64,000 nucleotides of DNA from Octopus vulgaris (Eukaryota): assembly GCA_951406725.2 (NCBI GenBank), contig OX597814.1:185380001-185444000 (forward strand), read 5' to 3'. The notes under the pieces were generated by a model. The model saw only the letters and a program-made list of their open reading frames with translations. It searched no databases and was not told the origin of the DNA. The first letter of the stretch is position 1; each line of letters begins with the position of its first letter. Below are positions 27,094-40,447 of the stretch, one piece after another. A program made the translations under genes and the position numbers.

Positions 27094-27416
27094 CATACAT
27101 ATATGTATGTACGTATATATGTAATAGAGTGTATGTGTTTTTGTCACAGACCACTTATATTTACATTGCAAAATATCCGGTGCTTCTCGCTTATGTCCAG
27201 AAGCTTAAGTGTTCGACAAACAGACACCAATCACATTTAGTACAAGACTGAAAAACAAGTATTGGTGCGGGTGGGGTTCGATATAATCCAACTAAACCTT
27301 TGGAGGTGGTGCTCCAGCATGGCCGCAGTGAAGAACACAACTTAATCAAACGTAAAACAGCAACAACGATGACGTCGCTGTCATCGCCAACGACAACGAC
27401 GACCGCCATTACCACC

Positions 27417-28262
27417 TATATCTTTACTACCCACAAGGGGCTAAACACAGAGAGAACAAACAAGGACAGACAAACGGATTAAGTCGATTATATCGACCTC
27501 CAGTGCGTAACTGGTACTTATTTAATCGACCCCGAAAAGATGAAAGGCAACGTCGACCTTTACTACAACAGAGAGGACAAAGAAGGACAGACAAAGGGAT
27601 TAAGTCGATTATATCGACCCCAGTGCGTAACTGGTACTTAATTTATCGACCTCGAAAGGATGAAAGGCAAAGTCGACCTCGGCGGAATTTGAACTCACAA
27701 CGTAATGGCAGACGAAATACCGCTAAGTATTTCGCCCGGCGTGCTAACCATTCTGCCAGCTCGCCGCCTTTTTAATGATTCTTATTTCTTTACTGCCCAC
27801 AAGGGGCTAAACATAGAGGGGAGAAACAAGGACATACAAACGGATTGAGTCGATTATATTGACTCCAGTGAGCAACTGGTACTTATTTAATCGACCCCGA
27901 AAGGATGAAAGGCAAAGTCGACCTCGGCGGAATTTGAACTCAGAACGCAGCGACAGGCGAGATACCTATTTCTTTACTACCCACAAGGGGCTAAACACAG
28001 AGAGGACAAACAAGGACAGACAAACGTATTAAGTCGATTACATCGACCCCAGTGAGTAACTGGTACTTATTTAATCGACCCCGAAATGATGAAAGGCAAA
28101 GTCGACCTCGGCGGAATTTGAACTCAGAACGCAGCGACAGGCGAAATACCTATTTCTTTACTACCCCACAAGGGGCGGAATTAGATCTCAGAACGTAACG
28201 GCAGACGAAATACGGTTACGCATTTCGCCCGGCGTGCTAACGTTTCTGCCAGCTCGCCGCCA
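27417..28262 (-). mobile_element. Two adjacent Nin-SINE multimers
   Basis: Full heads ending ~27770 and ~28260; internal junctions AAAGAAATA|GGTAT(T/C)TCG. Confidence 0.85.
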
Positions 28263-28489
28263 ATACCACCGCCACTACCGTCACGTCCACTGCGACGGCA
28301 ATAACAGCAGCGGTAACATTAGAATGCATTTCTTAAAATTGCATTTCTCGGCGTGCACACAGGCCTTGCTATTAGTTGCGTGCTAATGGTGAGTACTACT
28401 GATTGAAAAACGTGCTGCACTCGAGAATTTTGCCGTCCATCCAGTTTTTCACTCCAGATGGACTTTGCTACAGAATGCGCCTGCGCATA

Positions 28490-29975
28490 TGTGCATTTGT
28501 ATACATGTGTGTGTACGTGTGTGTAGGAGTGTATATGTGAACGTATGTGTGTGCATGTGTGTATGTGTATGTATGTGTGTAGGTGTGCGTATGTGCGTGT
28601 GTGTATGTATATGCGTGTGTGTATGTATATGCGTGTGTGCATGTGTGTATGTGTGTGTATATGTGTGTGTGTGTCTATGTGTGTGTGTGTGTGTGTCTAT
28701 GTGTATGTGTGTCTATGTGTGTCTATGTGTGTGTGTATGAGTGTATATGTGAGCGTATGTGTGTGCAAGTGTGTATATGTGTGTAGGTGTGTGTATGTGT
28801 GCGTGCACATGTGTGTATGTGTGCGTATATGTGTGTGTGTGTCTATGTGTGTCTGTGTGTGTGTGTATGAGAGTATATGTGAGCGTATGTGTGTGCAGGT
28901 GTGTATATGTGTGTATGTATGTGTGCAGGTGTGTTTATATGTATGCGTGTGTATGTGTGCGTGCGTGTGTGCGTGCACGTGTGTGTATACGTGCGTATAT
29001 GTGTGTCTATGAGTGTGTATGAGCGTATGTGTGTGCATGTGTGTATATGTACGTGTAAGTGTACGTGTGTGTATGCGTGTGTGTGTGTGTCTATGTGTGT
29101 GTATGTGTGTGTGTGTGTGTGTGTTAGGAGCGTTGTTTTTTTTGTTTTTTTTACTATCAGGCTGAAAGCGCTCACCCACCTAACGCCAGCAACCCCACAT
29201 ATTTAGGGACGTAAGGCGTAGAGGAGTGCGATGAGGGGGGTGTTGAAGGGCGGAGGAGAAAGATTTATTGATGGAGTGGAGAGATGCGTGCCGTGCAGGA
29301 GGTCTCCGCATAGTTCGGTCGGATGGCGGCGTGTGGAGGGAGCGCTCGTGGGATAACAGATGTGTGGGTATTTCGAAAGTGACGTTGTTGGTATGTTGTC
29401 GCTGCTGTTGTTGCTGTTGTTGTTGTTGTGATGGTGGTGGTGGTGGCGGTGGTGGCGGTGGCAGCGGTGATGGTAGTGGTTGTTGTTGTTATGGTTATGG
29501 TAGTGGGTGGTTGGGGTGGTGATTCTGATGGTTGTGGTGGTTATGGTGGTGGTGGTTGTGGTGGTGGTTGTGGTGGTTATGGTGATGGTGGTGGTGTTGG
29601 TGTTGGTGTTGGTGATGGTGGTGGTGGTGGTGGTAGCGATGGTGGTGGTCATCGTCGTTGTTGTCGTAGTGGTGGTGGTTATGGTGGTAGTGGCGGTGGT
29701 TATGGTGGTGGTGGTGGTGGTGGTGGTGGTGGTGGTGGTGGTGGTGGTGGTGGTGGTGGTGGTGATGGTTATGGTGGTGGCGGCGCTGCTGCTACTGTTG
29801 TTAGTCTTTAGTCATGTTGATGATGATATGCAACTGGGACGGTATTGATAGTTCGGGTGGTGGTTGTGGTGATTGGTTGTGGCGGTGGTGGTTCTAGCCG
29901 CTTTGGAACGTAATGTGGGGTGGGCATGGTGCACGATACTGGTTAGACGGGGATAGTGATTAAGCTAGTGGTGTC

Positions 29976-30026
<51 letters not shown>

Positions 30027-30067
30027 TGGTGGTGGTGGTGGTGGTGGTAGTTGTTGTTGTTGTAGTG

Positions 30068-30114
<47 letters not shown>

Positions 30115-30115
30115 T

Positions 30116-30165
<50 letters not shown>

Positions 30166-30900
30166 TGTAGTAGTGGTGGTGGGGGGTCATCTGTGTCATT
30201 ACTGTCGTCATAGAGGTTGTTGTATTGTTGTTGTTGCTGCTGCTGTTATTAGCTCTGATGAAAGACTTTCTGGACGTGACCATCACATCTTTTATTTGGA
30301 CATAGTGGACGCCGGACCACAATTTCCTTAATGTCTCATTTTTTAAAAAGATGCTGTGGTATGATTTAAGGGAGATTATGTTACCTTTTCTAACAGGTCA
30401 AGATCCCTTATTGACTCGCCGTAATAGAGTTAGTAATAAATTCGATAGTGGGGTGGGTGATAGAGGTGATGGTAGCAGGAGGGGCTTACGGTGGTGGAAG
30501 GAATGGCTACGGTGATGACAGGGGAACTAGAGGTGGTGGCAGCATCAGCGGCAGGAGTGGCGGCAGCGGCGGCACCGGCAGCAGTGGCAGCAGCGACGTA
30601 GTGGTGTAAGCGAAAGGGGGCAGCATCAGCGGCTGCAGTGTTAGTTGAGGTGTTGGTCATAACGGTGGTGGTGGTGGTCCTCGTGGTCGTGGTGTGGTGG
30701 TGGTCGTGGTGGTCGTGGTGGTCGTGGAGGTGGTCGTGGTGGTGGTCGTGGTGGTGGTCGTGGTGGTCGTGGAGGTGGTGGTGGTTGTGATGGTCTTGGT
30801 GGTGGTCGTGGTGGCAGTGATGAGTGTGGTGATGGTAGTGGTGGCGGCGGTGGTGGTGGTGTCAGTGGTGCTGGCAGTGGTAGTGGTGACTGGCTGTTAG
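28490..30900. repeat. Microsatellite block: (TG/TA)n, (GGT)n, (AGT)n, (GTG/GTC)n
   Basis: Directly visible; source of poly-V/G/C/T ORFs. Confidence 0.9.
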
Positions 30901-31289
30901 GAATGGAGTGCTAAAATGGTAAACCCCAGCACCAACACCAACACCACCAACAGAGTTCCTTAGAATAAGGAAAATGTGAAGTCCGGGGATGTTTTCATCA
31001 GGAGAGGATGGATTTTTGGTAAAAGGACCACAAGGGAATGACAGAATTCTTCTAGAAATACTTCCTTTATCTTCCTTTACTATCTTTATTTCTATTTTTA
31101 TCATTATTCTTTATATTTATTTTTTATCTTGCGCCTCTCGCTCTCTCCTTTTGTCTGTCTTTCTGTCTTTCTCCCTTTTACTCTCTTATTATTTCTCTCT
31201 CTTTCGCTCTTTTATTAGTCATATTTTTCAGTCTCTTTTTCCCTCTTACCATAATCACTAACGTACAAATACAGACACACCACACTACA

Positions 31290-31343
<54 letters not shown>

Positions 31344-32016
31344 AACAAAATACGACATACACATACACACATATACATAAATGCATTCAGTTATAAAACA
31401 TACACACACATACATAACTATATAACTACAAACCTACACAGAAATGTGGATATGATATCATATCAACAAAACAAACCCTGGTATGTATTTAAACATCTTA
31501 AACTGTTATATTCTCCCAGCAGAACAACACTCAGAGGCAGATATTATTTCTAGTTCATATATATAAAGCGACCGTTTCGTTCTTTTGTCCGTTCCTGATC
31601 GATTTTCTTTTTTTTTTTTTTTTGTAAACCTCTGGTAATGTTAACAATCGCTTTGTATGATGTGATGAAGCGAGTGTCTTTAATTCAACAACGGCTGACT
31701 GAGTGACTAGCCAACAAAGCATTTCAATGTCTCGCGAGATGACTTGTAGCTAAAATTCCATTTTTTGAATGTGAGATACTTGAGATCCGTTCTTCTGGCT
31801 TGCTTACTACTTCAATTCCATACAACCATACAAAGTCACAGGACCGATATTGGGTTGTTGCTCTTAGTGGCTAAATATTAAATATATCACCGAGATGAAT
31901 TAAGGCTGTAATAATTAGTTTCATATGTATGTATGAACATACATACATATGTATGTATGTACCAACACTGCCATGTGGCACGCTCAAACAATTGTGAAGT
32001 ATATATATATATACGC

Positions 32017-32228
32017 GACCGATGCTACACATCGCTGGTAACAATGTGTTCGAATTGTTTAAGCCTTCGAATGACGCCGCCCCGCTGGCTAAGCGAGCAG
32101 GCCAACAGAAGAAAGAGTGAGAGAAAGAGTGGTGAAAAAGTACAGCAGGGATCACCATCCCCTGCCGGAGCCCCGTGATCCTACGACCGCGAGTCCGCTG
32201 CCCTAACCACTGGGCCATTGCGCCTCCA
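32017..32228 (-). mobile_element. Internally deleted copy of the 6551-family SINE
   Basis: Head GGAGGCGCAATGGCCCAGTGG joined directly to GGGGCTCCGGCAGGGGATGG. Confidence 0.8.
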
Positions 32229-32756
32229 ACAATTCACAATAATGACTTTTATTACTTTTATTCCTACCTCAGTTCGTCTAATTTTATATATGTATCGTTA
32301 CTTTTCATAAAAAGCCTTTACTTTTTTTTTATTTCCATTTTGCATTCTGGCTTATTTTTCTTCTAACTTTCCCCTTACATTTCCACGTGTAGTTTCTATT
32401 TTCTTTTTGTAACATTTTTCTATTATATATATATGGGTGAGGGTTAACAAAGCAACTAATGGTTTTATGCAAAAAGATCTTCACAATTGTTTAAGCGTGC
32501 TACATGGCAATGCTGGTACTTGGCTCGCTTTCTCTCTATATATATAGATTCAGATGAATATGGTACTTAAGTTGAAACACCAGAATTTAGTACGGTATTA
32601 TCCATACAATTTCAAAATAAGGTGATTAAAATCAAAATAAGCAACAAGGATATCCAGAGGTAATGCAGAACGATCGTTTCACGTAAGTCCATTTAATTGA
32701 ACAATGCAACCATAACATCAATTTAAATGCATACATATATGGCTGGCTATGTGTGG

Positions 32757-33475
32757 AGGTGCAGGCGTGGCTGTGTGGTAAGAAGCTTGCTTCCCAACCA
32801 CATGGTTCCGGGTTCAACCCCACTGTTTAGCACTTTGAGCACGTGTCTTCTACCATAGCCTCAGGCCGACCAAAGCCTTGTGAGTGGATTTGGTAGACGA
32901 AAACTAAAAGAAGTCCGTCGCGTGTGTGTGTTTACGTGTATGTTTGTGTGTGTGTTTGTCCCTGACACCATCGCTTTACAACCGGTGTTGGTGTGTTTAC
33001 ATTTTACCCTAATGTCACTTTGATGGCATGCACTACTATCTCACCCAGTAATGATAATAACAATTTCTTAATCATTATCATTACTGAATGAGATCATGGA
33101 GGACAATATCGAACGACGATAAAAATAGACCGATAGAATAAGTACTAGGCTTACAAAGAATAAGTCCAGGGTCGATTTCTTCGACTAAAAAACACCCTCT
33201 AAGCCGGTGCTCCAGCATGGGCGCAGTCTAATGTCTTAAACAAGTAAGAGAATAAAAGAATATATATATGTGTGTGTGTGTGTGTATCATACATATATCA
33301 TAGGCGAAGGAGTGGCTGTGTAGTAAGTAGCTTGCTTACGAACTACATGGTTCCGGGTTCAGTCCCACTGCGTGGCACCTTGGGCAGATGCCTTCTACTA
33401 TAGCCTCGGCCAACCAAACCCTTCTGAATGGATTTGGTAGACGGAAAGACGGAAACTGAAATAATTCCCGTCGTA

Positions 33476-33530
<55 letters not shown>

Positions 33531-33582
33531 GTGTGTGTGTATGTGTGTGTGTGTGTGTGTGCGTGCGTGTGTGTATGCGTGC

Positions 33583-33634
<52 letters not shown>

Positions 33635-33812
33635 TTGTGCGTCTGTGTTTGTCCCTCAACATTGCTTGACAACCGATGCGATTCGGCCAAAGAGACCGAT
33701 AGAATAAGTACTAAGCTTACAAAGAATAAGTCCTGGGGGTCGATGTGTTCGACTAAAGGCCCGCGGTGCTCCAGCATGGCCACAGTCAAATGACTGAAAC
33801 AAGTAAAAGAGT
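32757..33812 (+). mobile_element. Two consecutive TGGCTGTGTGGTAAG-family SINEs (32757-33260, 33302-33812)
   Basis: Head, internal microsatellite and GCTCCAGCATGG...AAACAAGTAA tail in each. Confidence 0.85.
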
Positions 33813-34778
33813 ATATCATACATATATAGTGATACACTTCCATCATATATAAAAAAAAATATACAGAAAACGAAAAGGAAAAATGGTTTAAAAACAATAG
33901 AAGCAACCTTTCCTGGTTTCAAATGACTCACCAAATAGTTACAAGGGTAATGAGACAGTGGAGGGGGGAGGGTACCAAGTAGGGGGTAGGGTGGGGGTTA
34001 GAGTAGGGTAGGGTGGGATGAACGGGGCGGAGGGATAAATTGGTGCTGGATGGTGGCATGGGAGTGTTAGTGTAAGGTTCTGATGATGTGATGGTGGGTT
34101 GGTGGGTGGGGGTGATGGGATCTGATGCTGCGAGTGAATAACGGGAGGTGTGGATGTGGGGTGGGAGGGGGTTGATTTGTCCTTTCCAGGACCGTCAGCT
34201 ACCACCACCACCACTACCACTACAACAACCACCACCACCACCACCACCACCACAACTACTACCATTACCCCCACCAACACCGGTACTAACATCACACCCC
34301 CATCACCACCACCATCCCTATCACAACCACCATCGTACAACTATCACCACTATCATCATCATCCTCCTCCTCCTCATCATCATCATCACCTCCGTCACCG
34401 CCACCGTCACCACTAATCATCCAACACCCAACACTACTTACTATAACCACTTCGCATCTATCTTCCCCCACACCACCTCCCACCGCCAGCCCCGATTCCT
34501 AGCATCGGCCACCATTACCGCCAACACCAACGCTTCCGCTGCCACCACCTCCGCCGCCGACACCTCCGCCACCGCCGCCGCCGCCGCCCTCGTCGCCGTC
34601 ACCGCCACAAGTCAATCTGCATCACCTCTGACGTCGCCGCATTCTCTGCACCGTGGGCTTCCACGCTCCGTCGTCTATTTCTTTCCTCCTCCTTCTCCTT
34701 CTCTTACCCCCACCCCCACCACCACCATCCTCTGTACTCGCGTGGCATGGCTTCTTCTTTTGTCTGGGCGAAACTAAT

Positions 34779-34810
<32 letters not shown>

Positions 34811-35150
34811 CTACATGACGACGACGACGAAGAAGAAGAGAGAATAAGACCAAACAAACAGAAGAGGATTTAAATATCAACGGCTGTGAAATTTAAAGAA
34901 AATAATTACCCACTACCACCACCACCACCACCACCATCAACACCACAATTCATGATACCAATCATCACAAGCATCATCATCATTATACTGTGACAATCAG
35001 CACCACTTATACCATCGGAACCACCAACACCGCCACCATCGATTGCATTACTACTACCACTACCACCATTCTTATTATCGTCCTTCGATATTGTCCTCCA
35101 TGATCTCACTCAGTAATGATAATAATTAAAAAAATTATTATTATCATTAT

Positions 35151-36067
35151 TGGGGTAAAATGTACGAAGCACCAATATACCCATGACTACCTTTCTGATA
35201 AGGGTACACCAGGCACATTTATCACAACCATATGAGCCCGACATGGTGATCTCATATCAAGATAAACAGAGCATGACCTTGCAGATGGGGCCCAGTTAGA
35301 ATTTTGTTCAGTTGGATTAGCCCATCCCGCTCAAAAGATCCCTGAATAAGGGTTGTTTAAGGATGTTGAACGAGACAACCATGTTTCCAGAGTTGAACCA
35401 TTCAAACCCCAAAGAATTCTTCTCGACACATGGCTATGATGGTGCCCCACTATTTCTGATCGTGATCAGGGATGCACATATCTTCATCCACTAATTGACA
35501 TGCTCAACTGGTTGAGGTCAAGCAACCGACAAACAAATTGAGCAGAATATTTGCTGTAGCCCATTTTCTATACCAAGAGAAAACATGATAACACTTCCAA
35601 TCAGTTAAGATCAAAAGCCATGAGAAGGCGGCGAGCTAGCAGAAACGTTAGCCCGCCGGGCGAAATGCTTGACGGTATTTCGTCTGCGTTACGTTGAGTT
35701 CAAATTCCGCCGAGGTCGACTTTGCCTTTCATCCTTTCGGGGTCGATAAATTAAGTACCAGTTACGAACTGGAGTCGATGTAATCGACTTAATACCTATG
35801 TCTGTCCTTGTTTGTTCCCTCTGTGTTTAGCCCCTTGTGGGTAATAAAGAAATAGGTATTTCGTCAGTCTTTACGTTCTGAGTTCAAATTCCGCCATAGT
35901 CGACTTTGCCTTTCATCCTTTTGGGGTCGATAAATTAAGTACCAGTTGCATACTGGAGTCGATCTAATCGACTGCCCCCCCCTCTCCAAAAATTTCGGGC
36001 CTTGTGCCTAGAGTAGAAAAAGACCAAAAGCCATGAGAGCCAGTGCCTGGTACTGCATCAGAGCATT
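35151..36067. mobile_element. Non-coding interspersed repeat embedded in (TTA)n, with a nested SINE dimer
   Basis: Flanked by (TTA)n on both sides; continuous across the SINE via duplicated AAGAYCAAAAGCCATGAGA. Confidence 0.6.
35626..36019 (+). mobile_element. Nin-SINE dimer with one 19-bp target-site duplication
   Basis: TSD 35607-35625 / 36020-36038 (1 mismatch); internal junction at 35854/35855 AAAGAAATA|GGTATTTCG. Confidence 0.9.
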
Positions 36068-36968
36068 TATTATTATTACTATCATTATTATTATTGTATG
36101 GGATCACTCAAGATGCTAGAAAAAAAAAACGACAAATATCCTTTAAATATCGATATGGCCCCTGAAGGTCCATCTAAGATTTTTGGGATCCACGCAACAA
36201 AAGTAAATTGAGGATCTACAAAAGTATTTAAAGGGCCCTTGAAAAAAATTTGCTTCCGATGTAAAACTGTTTCTTTCTCCAACATTTTATATAGTTCAAC
36301 ATACACAAGGGAATGTGTGAATAACAAAATAGGAATTTTAAAAGCAGTATCTATAAAACTTGTTTTTAGACATCGAATGGTTACGAGATCTACCAGAATA
36401 AGATAGACATCAAAGAGATCAATAGATAAAAAAAAAATGGTTGAGAATCCCTACTTTAAATAATACCGAACCGTATTTTACAAAAAAAAAAAAAAAACAC
36501 ATTGGAATATGTAGTTCTAGATACACGCGTGCAGATGAGGGCCATGGGTGGAAGAGATTTGATCAAAGGTTTTTTCAGTCTGATAAGCGACAACAAAAAG
36601 TCTGCGAGAGAACATCTCCATGGCTTTTTAGCCTGTAAGAAATAGGAGTTAAGCTTCTCTCGAGCCAAACCTTACTTTCTTAACCTAGACTCTAACTTGA
36701 GAAACAAAAGCAAAAACTACCATCACTTACCAACATCAACATCGCCGTCAACCGAATGGTCATTGCTGGAATGTCTTTGGTCATTGATTGGTTCGATTAA
36801 AGTCATCGACTTAGTGCTAACCATCATCATATTTCGTCCCCCAGTTATGATAAACCTCGTAACGTCACTTAGAAACTTACGACCGTAAATAACAACTCCC
36901 AAGCCCTAAATTTCTAGCAATGACATTTGGACAGATCTTGCATCTTTCCACACACACACGCGCACGCA

Positions 36969-37013
<45 letters not shown>

Positions 37014-37109
37014 TTATAAGGGCCAATGAGAGGGAGAGCTTCAGCCAGCCCAACGATCTGGAGCTCAGAGAGCTAAAGAGAAGGCCCGTGACAATTTCAT
37101 GGATCACTT

Positions 37110-37530
37110 TCTAGATGATAAATAAATGAGGTCGTTTTGCAACGACTTGGTTTTGGGTTCAGTACCACTGCGCGGCACATTGGAAAAGTGCTTTTTGTTA
37201 TAAGCATTGGACCGACCAATGACTTGTGAATGAATTTTGAAGACGGAAATTGTGTGGAACCTCGCTTTGTGTTTGTGTCTGCGAGTTAGTGTGTATGTGC
37301 TTGTATTTATGTTGTGCTTGACCCCTTAACACCACTGTTGGTTTGTTTACGTTCTCATAACTTAGCGGTTATGTGAAAGAGAGCAATAGAATAAATACCA
37401 GACTTCAAAACTATGAACTGAACAAAAACCCTAAGTACTAGAATCAATTTGTTAATCTTTCAAAGCAGTACCCCAGCATGGCCACGATCCAATTACTGAA
37501 AATAAGTATAAAAGAGAAAAGATAAGAGAA
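37110..37530 (+). mobile_element. Diverged TGGCTGTGTGG-family SINE
   Basis: GGGTTCAGTACCACTGCGCGGCAC...CCCCAGCATGGCCAC...CTGAAAATAAGTATAAAAGA. Confidence 0.7.
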
Positions 37531-37691
37531 ATAAATTAAAATTTCATTATCTCTGAATTTTGAGACGACTCCCTATTCCAGAGCCCGAATTTCTCTGAGG
37601 TCTTTCTTGCCCGCCAGCCAGCCAGCTAAGGTCTCCAACGGACAGACGATGATTCTAGCTCACTTTTTGCTCTAAAGCATTCTCCAACATG

Positions 37692-37885
37692 TACGGGGAG
37701 AATTCACAAAAAGAAAAAAGACGAAGACAGGTGGTGTAGACAACAAACATATGTATTAGTTTAACGCTCGGGAAGTGAAAAAGTCTTTAACGTTTCGAGC
37801 CTACGCTCTTCCACTGAAAGGAACATAGAAAGAAATAAGGAGAGAAAATAAAGAATGTGTAGTGGCTACCGATCTATCACGGCGA
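37692..37885 (-). mobile_element. ~200-bp variant-hammerhead element (core 37784-37821)
   Basis: Reverse strand CCTTT-CAGTGGA-a-GAGCgtagGCTC-GAAACG-TT-AAAGA. Confidence 0.6.
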
Positions 37886-38252
37886 ATCATACACACACAC
37901 ACACACACACACGAAACGTGGAGTAGATAAAACAGGGGACAACGGATGAAGGGAATGTTCTTTATGTTGCTTGACTTGTTTCTCTATTTGTTTCTTTAGT
38001 TGTTCGGAAAAAAGTTCGTTTTCTATATTTTTGTTTTTATGTTCTAGTTTCTCATTTTGTTCACGTTTTTTTATGTCCTGTATCCTTTTTTGCAAGTTTA
38101 TATGCATATATATGTAGGTATCTACATATATGCATATATATATACATATATTTATATATTATTTATAATATTTTAGTCTGGTATATTATATATGCGTGTG
38201 TGTGTGTGTGTGTGTGCGTGTGTGTGTACATACACACACACATATACACATA

Positions 38253-38412
38253 ACAGGCTTCTTTCAGTTTCCAGCTACAAATCCACTCACAAACTTTGGT
38301 CGGCCCGAGGCTATAGTAGAAGACACTTGCCCAGGGTACCACGCAGTAGGACTGAACCCAGGACCATGTGGCAGGGAAGCAAGCTTCTTACCACATAGCC
38401 ACATCTACGCCT
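38253..38412 (-). mobile_element. SINE 5' half (TGGCTGTGTGG family)
   Basis: Reverse strand GGCGTAGATGTGGCTATGTGGTAAG...CCCTGGGCAAGTG. Confidence 0.75.
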
Positions 38413-38704
38413 ACTATGTTAATAACTTTTTTTTTTCCCATGAGCCATCACGTTTTTGTGAGATAAAGTGGGGTGGGTTAACCTCCCAGAAACTTGCCTT
38501 GGTTCTGAATGAATTTTTACCTCAAATATTTTGTACCTTTTATGCGGGAATACTCTATTACTGAATGGATGATATTTTTCTGTCTCCAGTATGGCTACCA
38601 AAGCGGTGCTCCAGCATGGCCGCAGTCAAATGGCTGAAACAAGTAAAAGAATAGATACATAGATTCCTATGTAAGAATAGATACATAGATTCCTAATGAG
38701 CTCA

Positions 38705-38862
38705 GAAGAGGGTTTTCTCACCCGGAGGACAATGACTCGGTCAGCTTGAAGCAAACTGATCGATATTTCGACATTGGATTTAAGCCGATCTTATGAAATC
38801 AATATTTTTCGTGTTCTCGTTGAGCCAGTTCTCTTGTATGGCTTAGAAACATGGGCAGTTCC
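38705..38862 (+). mobile_element. RTE-clade RT thumb fragment
   Basis: Translates ...LSRSYEINIFRVLVEPVLLYGLETWAV (LLYGxETW motif). Confidence 0.7.
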
Positions 38863-39355
38863 TATATGAGGCTTAAGGCTAGATAACTGCAACGCCATTA
38901 ACTTCACTTCCGATGTCATTAACACCACCGGCACCGTTTGTAACGGCACCGCTACCACCACCACCATCACCACCATATAGATCATCCCATCTACGCCACC
39001 ATCCACTATCTACCTCCGCAACCGCCTCCACCATTTACACCACCAATTCCCTCTATCTATTACACCTTCTATACATACCATCACCGCTTCCATTGTCTAC
39101 ACGACCACCCTTATCATCTGCTTCACCACGACCACCCTTATCATCTGCTTCACCACGACCTCCAGCAACTATACCACAACCACCAGCGCAACTATGTTCA
39201 CAACTCTACCACTTACTCCACTATTCACTAAAATCAAACCAAAGAAGAAACCTCTAAATGGGTCACAGGAGCTGCTAGTAATAGCAGCCAAATCACCATC
39301 AGAGCATTCCTGTTGTCTTAAAAAAAAGCGCGAAGGAGGAATACATTGGACATGT

Positions 39356-40125
39356 AATACCTATTTCTTTACTACCCACAAGGGACTAAATACAGAGTGG
39401 ACAAACAAGGACAGACAAACGGATTAAGTCGATTATATCGACCCCAGTGCGTAACTGGTACTTATTTAACCGACCGTGAAAGGATGAAAGACAATGTCGA
39501 CCTGGGCGGAATTTGAACTCAGAACGATGCGGCAGACGAAATACCTATTTCTTTATTACCCACAAGGGGCTATACACAAAGAGGACAAACAAGGACAGAC
39601 AAACGGATTAAGTCGATTATATCGACCCCAGTACGTAACTGGTACTTATTTAATCGACCCCGAAAGGACGAAAGGCAAAGTCGACCTCGGCGGAATTTGA
39701 ACTCAGAACGATGCGGCAGACGAAATACCTATTTCTTTATTACCCACAAGGGGCTATACACAGAGAGGACAAACAAGAACAGACAAACGGATTAAGTCGA
39801 TTATATCGACCCCAGTACGTAACTGGTACTTAATTTATCGACCCCGAAAGGATGAAAGGCAAAGTCGACCTCGGCGGAATTTGAACTCAGAACGATGCGG
39901 CAGACGAAATACCTATTTCTTTATTACCCACAAGGGGCTATACACAGAGAGGACAAACAAGGACAGACAAACGGATTAAGTCGATTATATCGACCCCAGT
40001 ACGTAACTGGTACTTATTTAATCGACCCCGAAAGGACGAAAGGCAAAGTCGACCTCGGCGGAATTCGAAACTTTGAACGTAGCGGCATTTCGCCCGGCGT
40101 GCTAACGATTCTGCCAAGCTCGCCA
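39356..40125 (-). mobile_element. Nin-SINE tetramer, exact 184-bp period
   Basis: TATTTCTTTA unit starts at 39362, 39546, 39730, 39914; one partly deleted head at ~40070-40125. Confidence 0.95.
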
Positions 40126-40447
40126 ATCTATAAGAAGACAGGGACGGTCATAAGCTGGAGTATCTTCCGTGTAGTCATAGGATTTTTCAGTCATATCAGA
40201 TTCGCAAAAATCACAGGAACGACAAGAACGTCACCAACAATCACACGAGAAACCACCATCACCGCTGCCACTACCACCACTACCACCACTACCACCACCA
40301 CCACCACCACCATCATTAACGTCATCTTTACACCATCAGAGATAATGTTTACGACATCGAGAATCGCGTCAGTGATGATCATGATGAAAATCTTAATAGA
40401 TCTACAGAAATAAATGAGAAATTAGATAAATATCTCGTCACCACATA

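Noticed and set aside
30250-30290. CTGATGAAAG motif
   Set aside because: No downstream GAAA or stem I complement
39356-40125. CRISPR-like regular repeat
   Set aside because: Whole 184-bp units repeat with no unique spacers; they are SINE units and no cas genes are present
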